Shown here piece after piece: positions 19,443 through 30,701 of a stretch of DNA of 64,000 bases. How positions within the stretch are numbered: position 1 is the first letter of the stretch; each line of letters starts with the position of its first letter. Origin of the DNA: an uncultured Chloroflexia bacterium (GTDB lineage: Bacteria; Chloroflexota; Anaerolineae; Anaerolineales; UBA4823); the NCBI GenBank assembly GCA_963726315.1, contig CAVSBZ010000005.1, positions 1,794,829 to 1,858,828 on the forward strand, read 5' to 3'. Under the pieces are notes generated by a model. It worked only from the letters and a program-made list of their open reading frames with translations, did not search any database and was not told where the DNA came from. The position numbers and the translations under genes are program-made.

Positions 19443-21698
19443 TTACCCGGGTCTGATCCGGTGGGCTTCCATAACATTGGGCAACGCTTCAATCCTGGTT
19501 AATACCCTGGTAAGCTGGTCAATATCCTTTACTTCCAACACCAAATCGAGCACTGCAAGGCTTAGTTTGGAATCGTGGTTTACCCCTGCCTGGACCAGAC
19601 CCATATTAATCCCCTCATTGGCGACTAAATTCGAGACGTCCCTGGCGAGTCCGTCGCGGTCATACGCTTTTACCCTGACAGATACCGGGTACGTACGTTT
19701 GGGTTCTCCCCATGCGACCCGTACTAATCTCTCCCTTTCCTTCAACCTCAAGATATTGGGACAATCTCTGCGATGGATAGTCGCTCCGCGACCCCGGGTG
19801 ATGTAGCCGATAATATCATCACCAGGAACAGGATTACAGCAGCGTGCCATAGTGGTTAATAACCCTTTAAACCCACAACTGTGATCGTATCGTGGCTCTC
19901 GCCGGCTGTCTCCGGGATAATGCGTGTCCCAAACTTTAATCCCTCTTCATCCTGCTCATTTTGCATCAATTGGTTGGCTATCCGAATGAGCGGTATATCT
20001 CCACAGCCAATCGCAACGTAAAGATCGTCAACGATTTTATAATCAAATTGGCGCGCAAGTTGTTCGATATTGATATCCGCCAACCCTAACCGACGTAATT
20101 CACGCTCGAGTAAATCTCTTCCTTGATTGATGTTCTGTTCCCGAGCTTGCTTCTTGAACCAATAGCGTATCTTAGCTCTCGCCCTCTGCGTTTTCACCAA
20201 TCCAAGGTTTGGGTTAAGCCAATCTCGACTGGGTCCTCCCCGTTTTGCAGTTAATATTTCAACCTGTTCGCCAGTGCGTAACATGTAATCGAGCGATACG
20301 AGCTTTCCGTTAACCTTAGCCCCTCGACAGCGGTGTCCGATGTCCGTGTGGACGTGATATGCAAAGTCAATTGGGGTAGATCCTGCCGGTAGGTCGTAAA
20401 TATCACCCTTTGGTGTAAAAATGTAGACTCTGTCCTGGAATACATCTGATTTAAGGCTGTCGACAAATTCACCTGCATCAGTCAATATCCTGCCGCCATT
20501 CCATTAATGAACGGAACCACAGGATTTTTTTCTCGAAGGCTTCATCTCTAGGCGCCCCCTCTTTATATCTCCAGTGGGCAGCAATTCCCAGCTCAGCGTT
20601 TTGGTGCATCTCGGGTGTACGAATTTGAATCTCTAAGGTTTTCCCATCGTCATACAGCACTGCGGTATGTAAGGATTGATAAAAATTATCTTTTGGTACT
20701 GCAATATAGTCGTCGAATTGCCCGGGAATAGGTCTCCAATGGGTGTGAATCACACCCAGGGCACTATATGCTGATGGTACATCAGGAACAATGATGCGCA
20801 CTCCACGAACATCGTGTACCTGGTCGAATGGGACACCTTTTCGCACCATTTTTCGGTAAATCGAATAGATATGTTTTGGACGCCCGGAGATATCTGCTGT
20901 TATCCCTGGCAGAGTAATGATTTTCGACAACTGATCGATGATATCGTTCATCTCGCGTTCGCGATCAAGACGGCGTTCGGCGATGTTGTTGGCTATTTCC
21001 TTATACTTATCGGGATTGACATAGCGGAAAGCAAGGTCTTCAAGCTCCCATTTCATTGTCCAGATGCCCAACCGGTTTGCCAGGGGAGCAAAAATATCCA
21101 ATGTCTCTTGCGCAATCCTCTGGCGTTTTTGAGCAGGCATGTGGCCAAGCGTCCGCATATTGTGCAGCCGATCAGCCAACTTGATCAATACCACTCGAAC
21201 ATCTTCCCCCATAGCCAGGAAAGTTTTCCGCAGCGTTTCTGAAACCAGATCATATCGCCTGCTTTTTGTTCGTTGATCAGCGGTATCTTCAGGGCTGGGC
21301 TCCCCCCTTCGATCCGCAGCCAGGCGCAGTTCTTCCTCGAGAAGTTCATCCTCTGCATGCTGGTCCCCTCTTGAAACCCTGGGCAGCTGGGTCAATTTGG
21401 TGACGCCGTCAACCATCTTGGCAACAGCTTCACCAAAGTCATTTTTAATATCATCCAGTGTGACTGCTGTATCCTCAACGGTGTCATGTAAGAGTCCTGC
21501 CACAACAACATCGACGGGTACGCGCAGCTCAGCCAGTATCGCTGCAACGGCAACGCAATGGTTTACATATGGCTCACCGGACGCTCTGTTTTGACCTTCA
21601 TGTGCAGTCTCCGCCATTCTGTATGCGCGTAAGATCAATTCACGATCTGCAATCGTATACAGGTCTGGCAGTGATTCCATTAGTTTCTCGATTTGCAT
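19443..21698 (-). pseudogene. rel: Bifunctional (p)ppGpp synthetase/hydrolase (RelA/SpoT homologue) split into three ORFs by two frame changes
   Basis: ORF 20478-21698 covers the HD hydrolase (HDTVED) and synthetase domains. ORF 19856-20485 covers the TGS domain. ORF 19443-19850 covers CCNPVPGD plus ACT. Junction 1 needs a +1 shift and junction 2 a -1 shift. Total length 2256 nt = 752 codons, consistent with one gain and one loss. Confidence 0.85.
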
Positions 21699-21879
21699 AA
21701 TTTTGACCTAATCCGTCATAGTATACCCATGCCTGTTAAGAGCGACAAGGGTAAGATATATTGCATAGCCATCATGATTATCCATAAGAAAATCGTCCAT
21801 ATTGATAAACTGCGCATTTCTATTTAATAATAGTAAAATTATTATGCGTGGTGAAAATAATCAGAAGGAGAGGTTATCT

Positions 21880-22557
21880 ATGTGTGGACGGTTTACCCTT
21901 ACCATTGATCCTTATCATCTCCAGCAGGCCTTCCCCTGGGCTATCATTCCTGATGATCTTGCCCAAAGATATAATGTCGCCCCCTCTCAGCCGCTGGCAG
22001 TCATTCCCAATACCGGTGATCACACCCTGGCGATGTATAAATGGGGATTGATTCCATCATGGTCGAAAGATCCATCGATTGGTGATCGGATGATCAATGC
22101 CAGGGCCGAATCCCTTGCAGAAAAGCCATCTTTCCGTAATGCGTATCGTCGCCGCCGTTGCTTGATATTGGCAGATGGTTTTTACGAATGGAAATCAGAT
22201 CCAGCGATGAAAAGTAAACAACCAATGTACATCCGTATGAAAAATGGTCAACCTTTCGCATTCGCTGGTTTATGGGAGATTTGGAAATCATCTGATGAGT
22301 CGGAGGTGCGTTCATGCACCATCATAACCACCACCCCGAATTCTCTTTTGGAACCAATTCATAATCGCATGCCAGTAATCCTCCCGACGGAAGTATACGA
22401 TCGCTGGTTGGCACCTGATGACCGACAACCTGAGCAGCTGAATGACCTGCTGGTCCCCTACTCTGCCGCTGAAATGATCGCCTTCCCGGTTTCGCGCCTG
22501 GTAAATAGCCCCCAGTATGATTTTGCTGAATTAATCCAGCCAGTCAGTTATGAATAG
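21880..22557 (+). CDS. SOS-response-associated peptidase (SRAP/YedK family)
   Basis: The family starts with MCGR (catalytic Cys2). ATG at 21880 gives MCGRFTL with AGGAGAGG 6-13 nt upstream. The ORF-track start at 21802 is an upstream extension. Confidence 0.85.
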   Translation: MCGRFTLTIDPYHLQQAFPWAIIPDDLAQRYNVAPSQPLAVIPNTGDHTLAMYKWGLIPSWSKDPSIGDRMINARAESLAEKPSFRNAYRRRRCLILADGFYEWKSDPAMKSKQPMYIRMKNGQPFAFAGLWEIWKSSDESEVRSCTIITTTPNSLLEPIHNRMPVILPTEVYDRWLAPDDRQPEQLNDLLVPYSAAEMIAFPVSRLVNSPQYDFAELIQPVSYE

Positions 22558-22562
22558 CTTGT

Positions 22563-23951
22563 TTGCGATTGATGATCATTCCACCTGAAAAATTCTCAAC
22601 AACCAGCCTTCAGGCCTCTTCATTGGGGAATGATATCTGCCGGGTCCTGTCAGCCACGATCCAAAGCGCGGATGCAGGTATGAGTATAAAAAATAAACTC
22701 TCCATTGAAGAAGATAAACTAACAATATGTGGTCAAACCTTTGACCTGGGGGAATTTGAGCGTATCTTCATACTGGGAGTCGGGAAGGCTGTCGTACCCA
22801 TGGCAGAAGCTGTCTTGGAGCTCCTTGGGAACCGCATATCAGCTGGTCTTGTAATCACAAAGGATGGCTATGCTGGATTCAATAGCGTTCTCCCTGACCA
22901 CCGAATAGAAATTATCCAGGCAGGTCATCCTGTTCCCGACCAACGCAACCTGGCAGGCTCATCTAGATTAGTCGAAATGAGTAAGGATTTATCCACACAC
23001 GACCTGGTAATATGTCTTTTATCTGGAGGTGGTTCTTCATTATTGTTGAAGCCATCCTCAGGGTTATCCCTGGTGGATATCCAGGAAACCACCTCATTAT
23101 TGTTATCCTGTGGATCTAGTATAAATGAAATTAACACGGTCCGAAAGCACAGTGATGATCTAAAAGGTGGGGGGCTGGCTAAAATATTATTCCCTGCCAC
23201 AGTGATCACCTTGATATTATCCGATGTGATCGGAGACAGGTTGGACATGGTTGCCTCGGGTCCGACCAGTGTCGACCCCACCACCTATTCTGACGCCTGG
23301 GCAGTGCTCAATAAATACCAATTATTGGACCAGGTCCCCGCACTCCTCGGTAAGCACCTGTTGGATGGGATCGAAGCTGTGATTCCAGAAAGTGTGAAAC
23401 CCGGCGATCCAATCTTCGCAAGGGTCCATAATTTCCTGGTCGGAAATAACACTCAAGTCGCTTTGGCAGCAGTGCAAGCCGCTAATAATTTAGGGTTTTC
23501 CGCACAATTAATTAGCGATCCACTCCAAGGAGAGGCGTCAATGGTTGGTCAAACTATCTTAGAAAGAATAAAAGCGTCTCTCGGAATGCATAGTTCTGGA
23601 GAATCTCCGGCCTGCATTATCGCTGGCGGTGAGACCACTGTGACCGTCAAAGGGAATGGAAAAGGGGGCCGCAACCAGGAGCTTGCCCTTGGAGCAGTAA
23701 AGCCCTTATCCGGGGAAAATCAAATAATTTTGGTCTCCCTCGCGACGGATGGAGGAGACGGACCCACCGATGCTGCGGGAGCAGTTGTCACAAACCAAAC
23801 CTTTTCCACGGGACTTACAATAGGCCTGGATCCAACAGATTATTTACGACGCAACAATTCATATAATTATTTTGACCGGCTAGGTGATTTGATCAAAATC
23901 GGACCAACTCTTACCAATCTAAACGATCTGCTTTTTATCTTCAGTCGATAG
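22563..23951 (+). CDS. MOFRL-family glycerate 2-kinase / hydroxypyruvate reductase-like protein
   Basis: 462 aa. DUF4147-like N-half and MOFRL-like C-half (GGETTVTVKGNGKGGRNQELAL). Start uncertain (TTG 22563 or ATG 22572). Confidence 0.7.
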   Translation: MRLMIIPPEKFSTTSLQASSLGNDICRVLSATIQSADAGMSIKNKLSIEEDKLTICGQTFDLGEFERIFILGVGKAVVPMAEAVLELLGNRISAGLVITKDGYAGFNSVLPDHRIEIIQAGHPVPDQRNLAGSSRLVEMSKDLSTHDLVICLLSGGGSSLLLKPSSGLSLVDIQETTSLLLSCGSSINEINTVRKHSDDLKGGGLAKILFPATVITLILSDVIGDRLDMVASGPTSVDPTTYSDAWAVLNKYQLLDQVPALLGKHLLDGIEAVIPESVKPGDPIFARVHNFLVGNNTQVALAAVQAANNLGFSAQLISDPLQGEASMVGQTILERIKASLGMHSSGESPACIIAGGETTVTVKGNGKGGRNQELALGAVKPLSGENQIILVSLATDGGDGPTDAAGAVVTNQTFSTGLTIGLDPTDYLRRNNSYNYFDRLGDLIKIGPTLTNLNDLLFIFSR

Positions 23952-23952
23952 G

Positions 23953-26385
23953 TTAGTCTATCTTTACATTCCGTAATCGCAAGCTGTTGGTGACCACGAA
24001 CACACTGCTGAAAGCCATAGCTCCAGCAGCCAGCATTGGGTTTAATAAACCTAATGCCGCAGCTGGGATCAAGATGACATTGTAAAAGAACGCCCAGAAA
24101 AGGTTTTGTTTAATCGTCTGAAGTGTCTTACGGGAAAGTCTAACTGCCTTCCCCACACCACGTAAGTCACCGCTGATCAAAGTTATTGGTGCTGCAGCCA
24201 TGGCGATATCAGTCCCAGTGCCGATGGCGATTCCAACATCCGACTGCGCTAGTGCAGGTGCATCGTTGATTCCATCACCGACCATCGCAACCACTTTTCC
24301 ATCAGCTTGTAATTTCTTCACCTCGGCTGACTTCCCCCCAGGTAACACTTCTGCGAGTACGGTATCAATCCCCACCTGTGCTGCTATTCCTGCAGCTGTC
24401 TTCTGGTTATCGCCGGTAATCATGGCTATGCGCAGTTTCATCTTGGATAATTCAGCGATCGCAGCCTTCGAGCTATCCTTTACAGGGTCAGCAATCCCCA
24501 CAACTCCCATTAATTTTCCATCCATAGCGATCAGCACGACTGTTTTCGCTTCATTTTGAAGCTGGTTTATTGCACCTTCGCCTTCCTCAATCGAAACATT
24601 GTGGGTGTCCATTAATTTCTTGTTTCCCACCAATATTTGGCTGCCTTGTAAAACAGCCTGCACTCCCATACCAGATTCGGTTGTGAATTTATCCGGCATC
24701 TCCAGCGTGATCCCGCGTTGGCCAGCTTCGGCGACAATGGCCTCTCCGAGTGGGTGCTCGCTGGCTTTTTCCACCGATGCTGCAATTCTCAACAAGCGTA
24801 GCTTCTCTTCATTCCCATCCCCATTTCCATTAAGCAATATAAAATCAGTCACAACTGGCTGACCTTTGGTTATTGTGCCGGTTTTATCCATTACTACGAT
24901 ATCGATCTTTCCCGCCCGCTCCAGAGCTTCTCCAGACCTCAGCAGGATACCATTTTCCGCACCCTTCCCCGTGCCCACCATGACTGCTGTTGGGGTTGCC
25001 AAGCCCATCGCACAGGGACAGGCAATCACCAATACCGCTACCATATTGATCAATGCCCGGGTAAACAAGTCAACGCTGGAGTCCACCGGGAGCGGGATGA
25101 CGAAATACCAGATTAAAAAGGTAACCGCGGCAATCCCGATCACCACCGGAACAAATACCTCCGACACTTTGTCGGCTAATTTCTGAATTGGTGCTTTACT
25201 ACCCTGGGCTTCCTCAACTAACCGAATGATTTGCGCCAGTGCGGTTTCTTTTCCAACCTTGGTAGCCTCGAAATTAATAAAACCCAGTTTGTTTAAAGTC
25301 GCCCCGATTACCGCGTCACCAGCTTTCTTCTCCACTGGCATTGATTCCCCGGTGAGCATAAATTCATCAACCGATGAATGCCCATCTATCACAACGCCAT
25401 CCACCGGGATTTTCTCTCCTGGTCTCACCAATACGATATCACCGATTTTTACATCATCGACTGCCACCTCACACTCTACACCATCACGTACAATACGCGC
25501 AGTTTTTGCTCGTAAACCCATCAACTTCTTGATCGCCTCGCTGGTTTGGCCTTTGGCTTTGGCTTCAAGGTATTTCCCTAATTTGATCAATGTAATGATC
25601 ACAGCAGACGTTTCAAAATACACATGACCTGGTAACGCTCCCAATGTAACAAATAACGAGTAAAAATAAGCCACCGATGAGCCCATAGAAATTAACACAT
25701 CCATATTTGCTGAACGGTTTCGCAACGACTTGTATGCACCTACATAGTACTGCCAGCCAACATAAAACTGAACTGGAGTAGCTAGCAGGAACATCACCCA
25801 ATTGACCCATTGATCCTCTGCCCATGTTGGCATTAACAAATCGCGTACCATTGCCAGGATGAATAATGGGATGGTGAAGATAAGACCTATAATCAACAGG
25901 CGGCGCTGTTCGTCGATTTCGTTTTGCCGTGCAATTTGCTCTGCGTCTTCAGTTTCCGATCCTGTCTCAGCTACCTCGAAACCGGAAGATTTGATTTCCC
26001 TTCTTATCTCTGCCTGGCTAACGATCGTTGGAATATACTTGATCCTGGCATGCTCCGTAGCGAGGCTCACATTTACACCTAAAACGCCTTCAATTTTGCT
26101 GACTGCGTGTTCGATACGCCTTGCATCATTATCATCACTCATCCGCTTGATCAGGAGATCCGCTTCGCCGGTCGCAACACCATACCCCGCCCGATTTACC
26201 CGATCGATTAAGCTCCCAATTTTTGAAACCTCCGGGTCATATTCAACCGTTGCTCGCTCAGATGAAAGATTAACGTTGGCTATGGTAACCCCTTTTTCTT
26301 TTTTTAGATTGCGTTCGACCGTCGCCACACAATTGGCGCATGTCATTCCGGTGATGGGCAAAATGATCTGCTTAGATTCGGACAT
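23953..26385 (-). CDS. copA: Copper-translocating P1B-type ATPase
   Basis: 810 aa. HMA domain with GMTCANCV plus a second, degenerate HMA-like domain. TGES, CPC ([11 protein letters not shown]), DKTGT and GDGINDAP motifs. Confidence 0.92.
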   Translation of the reverse strand: MSESKQIILPITGMTCANCVATVERNLKKEKGVTIANVNLSSERATVEYDPEVSKIGSLIDRVNRAGYGVATGEADLLIKRMSDDNDARRIEHAVSKIEGVLGVNVSLATEHARIKYIPTIVSQAEIRREIKSSGFEVAETGSETEDAEQIARQNEIDEQRRLLIIGLIFTIPLFILAMVRDLLMPTWAEDQWVNWVMFLLATPVQFYVGWQYYVGAYKSLRNRSANMDVLISMGSSVAYFYSLFVTLGALPGHVYFETSAVIITLIKLGKYLEAKAKGQTSEAIKKLMGLRAKTARIVRDGVECEVAVDDVKIGDIVLVRPGEKIPVDGVVIDGHSSVDEFMLTGESMPVEKKAGDAVIGATLNKLGFINFEATKVGKETALAQIIRLVEEAQGSKAPIQKLADKVSEVFVPVVIGIAAVTFLIWYFVIPLPVDSSVDLFTRALINMVAVLVIACPCAMGLATPTAVMVGTGKGAENGILLRSGEALERAGKIDIVVMDKTGTITKGQPVVTDFILLNGNGDGNEEKLRLLRIAASVEKASEHPLGEAIVAEAGQRGITLEMPDKFTTESGMGVQAVLQGSQILVGNKKLMDTHNVSIEEGEGAINQLQNEAKTVVLIAMDGKLMGVVGIADPVKDSSKAAIAELSKMKLRIAMITGDNQKTAAGIAAQVGIDTVLAEVLPGGKSAEVKKLQADGKVVAMVGDGINDAPALAQSDVGIAIGTGTDIAMAAAPITLISGDLRGVGKAVRLSRKTLQTIKQNLFWAFFYNVILIPAAALGLLNPMLAAGAMAFSSVFVVTNSLRLRNVKID

Positions 26386-26467
26386 AACAACTCCTGAAAA
26401 GTGAATTACGCAACATGCACCACCTTACAGCGGGCATATTGCGTAATCCTGGGATTAAATCTTCTTA

Positions 26468-26677
26468 TTAGCCTACTACGGGGTACTCAATCTCTTCCAG
26501 TAGTTTTTTGATTCTCTCTTCACTCGCTGGGGGCTCAAATTCGATCACGGCATTCCTTAAATCTTGGTCTGCCTTAACCGATTTTACTCCTGGAAGATCA
26601 ATTAATTCGGACTGAATGGTATGGACACAGTGCCCACAATGAATATTTGGTATTGAGTATGTAACTGTGGTCGTCAT
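26468..26677 (-). CDS. copZ: Copper chaperone, HMA domain (CopZ-like)
   Basis: 69 aa. Metal site HCGHC (CxxC). AAGGAG 7 nt upstream. Confidence 0.75.
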   Translation of the reverse strand: MTTTVTYSIPNIHCGHCVHTIQSELIDLPGVKSVKADQDLRNAVIEFEPPASEERIKKLLEEIEYPVVG

Positions 26678-26964
26678 TGCTTTTCTCCTTCGTTGATTAA
26701 GAAAATTTCTTCATTCCAAAAACATCCACGATCTCTGTTAAAACTCGTTCCCTCTTCATCAGGGTTTTCACCCCGTACTGCAGTGATAAGGCAGGAATGC
26801 AAATGGTTTTCCAGAATAATGCCACTCACCTTGTCGAGCGATGCTTGCACCGCGTAAATCTGCTTGATAACGTCGATACAATAAGTGCCATTCTCTACCA
26901 TCTGCCCGATGCCGTGCACATGACCCTCGATGTTTTTAAGCCTTTTTATCACGTCATCATTCAT
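26674..26964 (-). CDS. csoR: CsoR-family copper-sensing repressor, 3' end frameshifted
   Basis: MNDDVIKRLKNIEGHVHGIGQMVENGTYCIDVIKQ...HLHSC carries the CsoR C/H/C ligand pattern. After ...NPDEE the as-read frame gives non-family sequence. Skipping one G of the GGG run (26750-52) gives ERVLTEIVDVFGMKKFS* ending at 26697. Likely start is ATG 26964 (the track uses GTG 26976). Confidence 0.8.
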   Translation of the reverse strand: MNDDVIKRLKNIEGHVHGIGQMVENGTYCIDVIKQIYAVQASLDKVSGIILENHLHSCLITAVRGENPDEEGTSFNRDRGCFWNEEIFLINEGEKQ

Positions 26965-26977
26965 GTTTACATCCACC

Positions 26978-27002
26978 TACCCCCCCCATATGGGTAGGGG
27001 TA
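26978..27002 (-). promoter_or_regulatory. Putative CsoR operator (GC-tract inverted repeat)
   Basis: TACCCCCCCCATATGGGTAGGGGTA has outer arms TACCCC/GGGGTA and an inner CCCATATGGG palindrome. It lies between the predicted -10 box and the csoR RBS. Confidence 0.5.
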
Positions 27003-27007
27003 ACATA

Positions 27008-27035
27008 ATTATACCTAGTTTATCTACATTGTCAA
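27008..27035 (-). promoter_or_regulatory. Sigma70-type promoter of the csoR-copZ-copA operon
   Basis: The minus strand reads TTGACA (27035-30), a 16-nt spacer, then TATAAT (27013-08). Both hexamers match consensus, immediately upstream of the operator. Confidence 0.6.
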
Positions 27036-27068
27036 GTGTATTTAGTTTAATAGAATAGAAAAAGTAGC

Positions 27069-30000
27069 CTATACACCAAATTCTTCCCCCAGTTCATCCA
27101 TTCGCAGGCTGATTACCTGGCTGGCTAAATCACGTCCCATCGTGACTCCATAAATAATACTTGCCGCCTGAACGGTATTCCGGTTATGCGTGATTACTAT
27201 GAATTGAGTCTTCTCACTCAACTCGGTCAATAAATCTCGAAATCTACCTACATTGGCTTCATCCAGCATCGCATCGACTTCATCCAGAATGCAAAATGGT
27301 GTCGGGGATACCCTGAGTAAGGCAAACACGAGCGCAGCCGCAGTCAAGCTCCTCTCACCACCAGATAAGAGGGATAATCCCTGTTCTCTCCTGCCAGGTA
27401 ATCTTGCTTCGATTTCTATTCCTGTTTCAGTCACGTTATCAGGATCTGTTAATTCTAAACGCGCCGAACCTCCCCCAAATAGTCGTGTGAATATCTGTTT
27501 GAATTCTTGAGCAACTGCATCGAATGTGCGTTGGAACTCCCGTTCCATTAACAGATCAAGCTCCGTGATGACTTCCCTGATGTCACCTTCGGCTTTCATC
27601 AAATCTTCTACTTGCGAGGTGAGAAATTCAAACCTCTCCCTCACTTCCTGGTATTCATTTTGAGCTTCAGGGTTGATCGCACCCATCCTGCGGATTTGTG
27701 CTTTCTGTTGTCGGATAGTTTCCTCAAGTTCCGGTGATAACACCTCAACCTTGGGCAGTTTTTCAACCATTCCGTCCAAAGGAAGTGGCTTCGGTCCTGT
27801 GACCGAATCTGTATAATCAAATGAGACCAGACCAAAATCATCTTCGATATGACCGCGTAAGGTTTCGAACAATTCCTGGTGGTGAGCATAAGCAATTTTC
27901 GCCAGTGTATATTGCTGTTCAGCGGATCTCAGCACCTGGCGCGCCTCGGTATCTGTAGATAATAGGCTGTTATGTTCCTTCTCCAGGAGGGCTAGTTGGT
28001 CCTCCATGGGGGTTACCGTTTTCGTTAATACCTCAATTTTTCCAGCTATCTGAATCTCTTCGACTGAAGATACTTGTACTGTTTCATTCAATGTCGTGAT
28101 TTCAAGCTCAAGCTTCTCTGATCGCCTGGCGAGATCTGCCAGGTTGTTTTCCATCTGTCCAAGCCGGTTGGATTTATCTCGCTGGCGGTTCCTGGCATCG
28201 AGCAACGCCTGTTCAATAACAGCATTATTTGTAGTCCAATAGGCATTTTGTGCCACCAATTCATCGAGCGGTAAACCAGATAACTCACCGATTTTGTTGT
28301 TTACTTCGTCATTTAATAATTTGAGCTCGTTCTGTAATATTAAAACTTCCGCCTTGAGATTTCCTTGAGCCACACCTTCATTTTCAATTTCGGTCTGAGT
28401 TCTGTTCCTTTGTTCTTCTTGCCAAAGTAGATTGCGTTAAATCTTCTCCAGCTGGATTTCCACCTGATGAAATTGATGGCTAACAACTTTTTCTGCTTCT
28501 AGCGCTTTCTGGTATCTGGTATTGATTTCTTTTTCCCGACCAATTGCCTCACTTATTTTGCCATCGATCGATGTGTTTCTAGTCTCGTATTCATTTTCTA
28601 ATGTTTTGGCTTGGTCCAATAAGGTTTTACTCTCTCTTCGATGCCGCGGTCTGACCAGCAATCCCTTTCTGGAAGCACCTCTGATGATCGGTCCGCTGGA
28701 GAGATACATCTCTCCACTCAATGTGACGATACGTAAATTTGGCATTTTTCGCCAATCGCTTGATGCCAGGATTGTCCGGGCAGTTTTCCGGTCCTTAACG
28801 ATGATCGCCTGTCCGAATAGAAAATCAGTAACTGGTTTCACTCGAGGCTCAGCTTGGATCAGATTAGCCGCGATGCCAATGATTTTCCCCGCTTCAACAG
28901 GCGCTTTTTCAATCTCAAGGGAAAGGGATCTTGCCTGGGCGATTACGTCCAAAGGAAGGATGGAACCTCTGATCGTCTCGCTTTCGATTAGATCTAACGC
29001 TCGATCGCTTTGGTCAAGTGATTCTATGACCAGCGAATCGATATATTCACCCAAAATCGCCGCTACTGCAAATTCATACTCTTCCGGAACTGTCAGGGAG
29101 TTACCGAGTGGACCAATCGCCCCATCGAGGCGATGATCTTTTACTGCCTGCAACAAGATTCTTGCTCCTTCCTCGTACCCGGTAAGGTTATTTTCTGCAT
29201 CATCGAGCACCTTGATCTCAGCCTGAATCCTGGCGATGATTGTTTTTTGAGCTGCCATAAGTTCTGCCAGCTGCTTCCGCGTCAGTTCGAGCTGAGTAAT
29301 GCTTTCCTTCACCAAAACCAGTTCCTGCTGGATTGCCTGTGTTTCTAATCCTTTTTCATCTTTTGATATTTGGAGTAGATCGAGCTGTTTTTGAGTCGAT
29401 TTCAGCTCCTCCTGTAAAGATACGATATCTCTGCCGATTTTACCGAGAGATGCCTTCAACTTGTTTATTTGGGTTTCTTTTTCTGCCAGCCTTGCCTGGA
29501 GTTGGGACGACCGTACCGTAATACTTCCGATTTCCTTTTGAAGCGTCTGGATCCGCTCTTCCAGGCTTGTCCGTTCGAGTTGCCTGGTTATTAATCCTTC
29601 AGCAGACTCAGATGCAGATTGGCGCGCTTCTGATAACTCCAGCTCCATTTGCTCGAGTTCCTGGTTTGCTATTTCAAGTTGGTCTTTTTGGATAGCTGAT
29701 TCTTCACCCAGCCTAAGCTTTTCGTAATCAAGCTGTTCAAGCTGCTGTACCAATAACCTTGAGCGTTCATTATTGACTGCCTGCTCTCGGCTCAATGCTT
29801 CCCGTCGCTGGTGTAGTGTGGTCAGTTCTTTATGCCAATCGCTCAATCTTCCCCGGAAATCATTGATCTGGCTTCTATATGAGCTCAATTTTTGGTCAAG
29901 ATTGAGCTGGGTTGATTGCACTTTTGTGAGAATTTCTTCTTTTTGTTTGGATTCAACTTGGGCAGCAACCAGCTCTGATTGTGCCTGGTGCCAATGATAG

Positions 30001-30698
30001 CCATACCACTCGTGCAGCACAAGTCGCAGATCGGCTTTCATCTGGTTATATTCTTGAGCACGTTTGGCTTGCCGCTCAAGGCTTCTTAATCGTGGTTGGA
30101 GCTCAGCTAATATATCCTGTACTCTCTCCAAATTTCGCCTGGTAGTTTCAAGCCGCTTGAGTGCCTCTTCCCTGCGGGAGCGGTGTAATCCAATCCCAGC
30201 TGCTTCTTCAAACAGTCGCCGTCTATCCTCTGCCTTCAATGCCAATGCTGCATCCACCAGTCCCTGGCCAATAATCGTGTAAGTTCTTTCTGCCAGGCCT
30301 GACTTAGCTAATACTTCAGATACATCTTTTAGACGCACACGCTGACCATTCAGTAAATACTCATTATCCCCATCACGGTACGCCCTTCGGGTGATTCCTA
30401 CTTCAGTGAAATCTATCGGCAACCAGCCATCACTGTTATCAAATACAATGGTTGCCGAAGCCATACCCGCTCTCGGGCGGTTTTCGGATCCCGAAAAGAT
30501 CATATCCTCGGTTTTTTTCCCTCTCAACAAACCATAGGATTGCTCACCCAACACCCATCGAAGTGCATCGGCGATATTGGATTTACCTGACCCATTCGGT
30601 CCGACGATGGCAGTAATTCCATCCGAAAATATAAATTCATTTTTCGAAGCAAAGGTTTTGTATCCGTGAAGCTCAAATGACTTTAGTCTGGCGGGCAT
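27069..30698 (-). pseudogene. smc: Chromosome partition protein Smc interrupted by one in-frame TAA
   Basis: N-part 28437-30698 (Walker [10 protein letters not shown], coiled coil, hinge) and C-part 27069-28373 (signature LSGGE, Walker B ILDEVDA) are in the same frame. Translation across the gap reads ...QLEKI*RNLLWQEEQRNRTQTEIENEGVAQGNLKAEV... Confidence 0.85.
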
Positions 30699-30701
30699 GA
30701 A

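Noticed and set aside
23953-30698. Long antisense ORFs inside copA and smc (e.g. 24200-24559, 25226-25627, 25859-26404, 28522-29136)
   Set aside because: These are typical shadow ORFs opposite strongly supported genes. They are rich in S/P/A/T and have no RBS or motifs.
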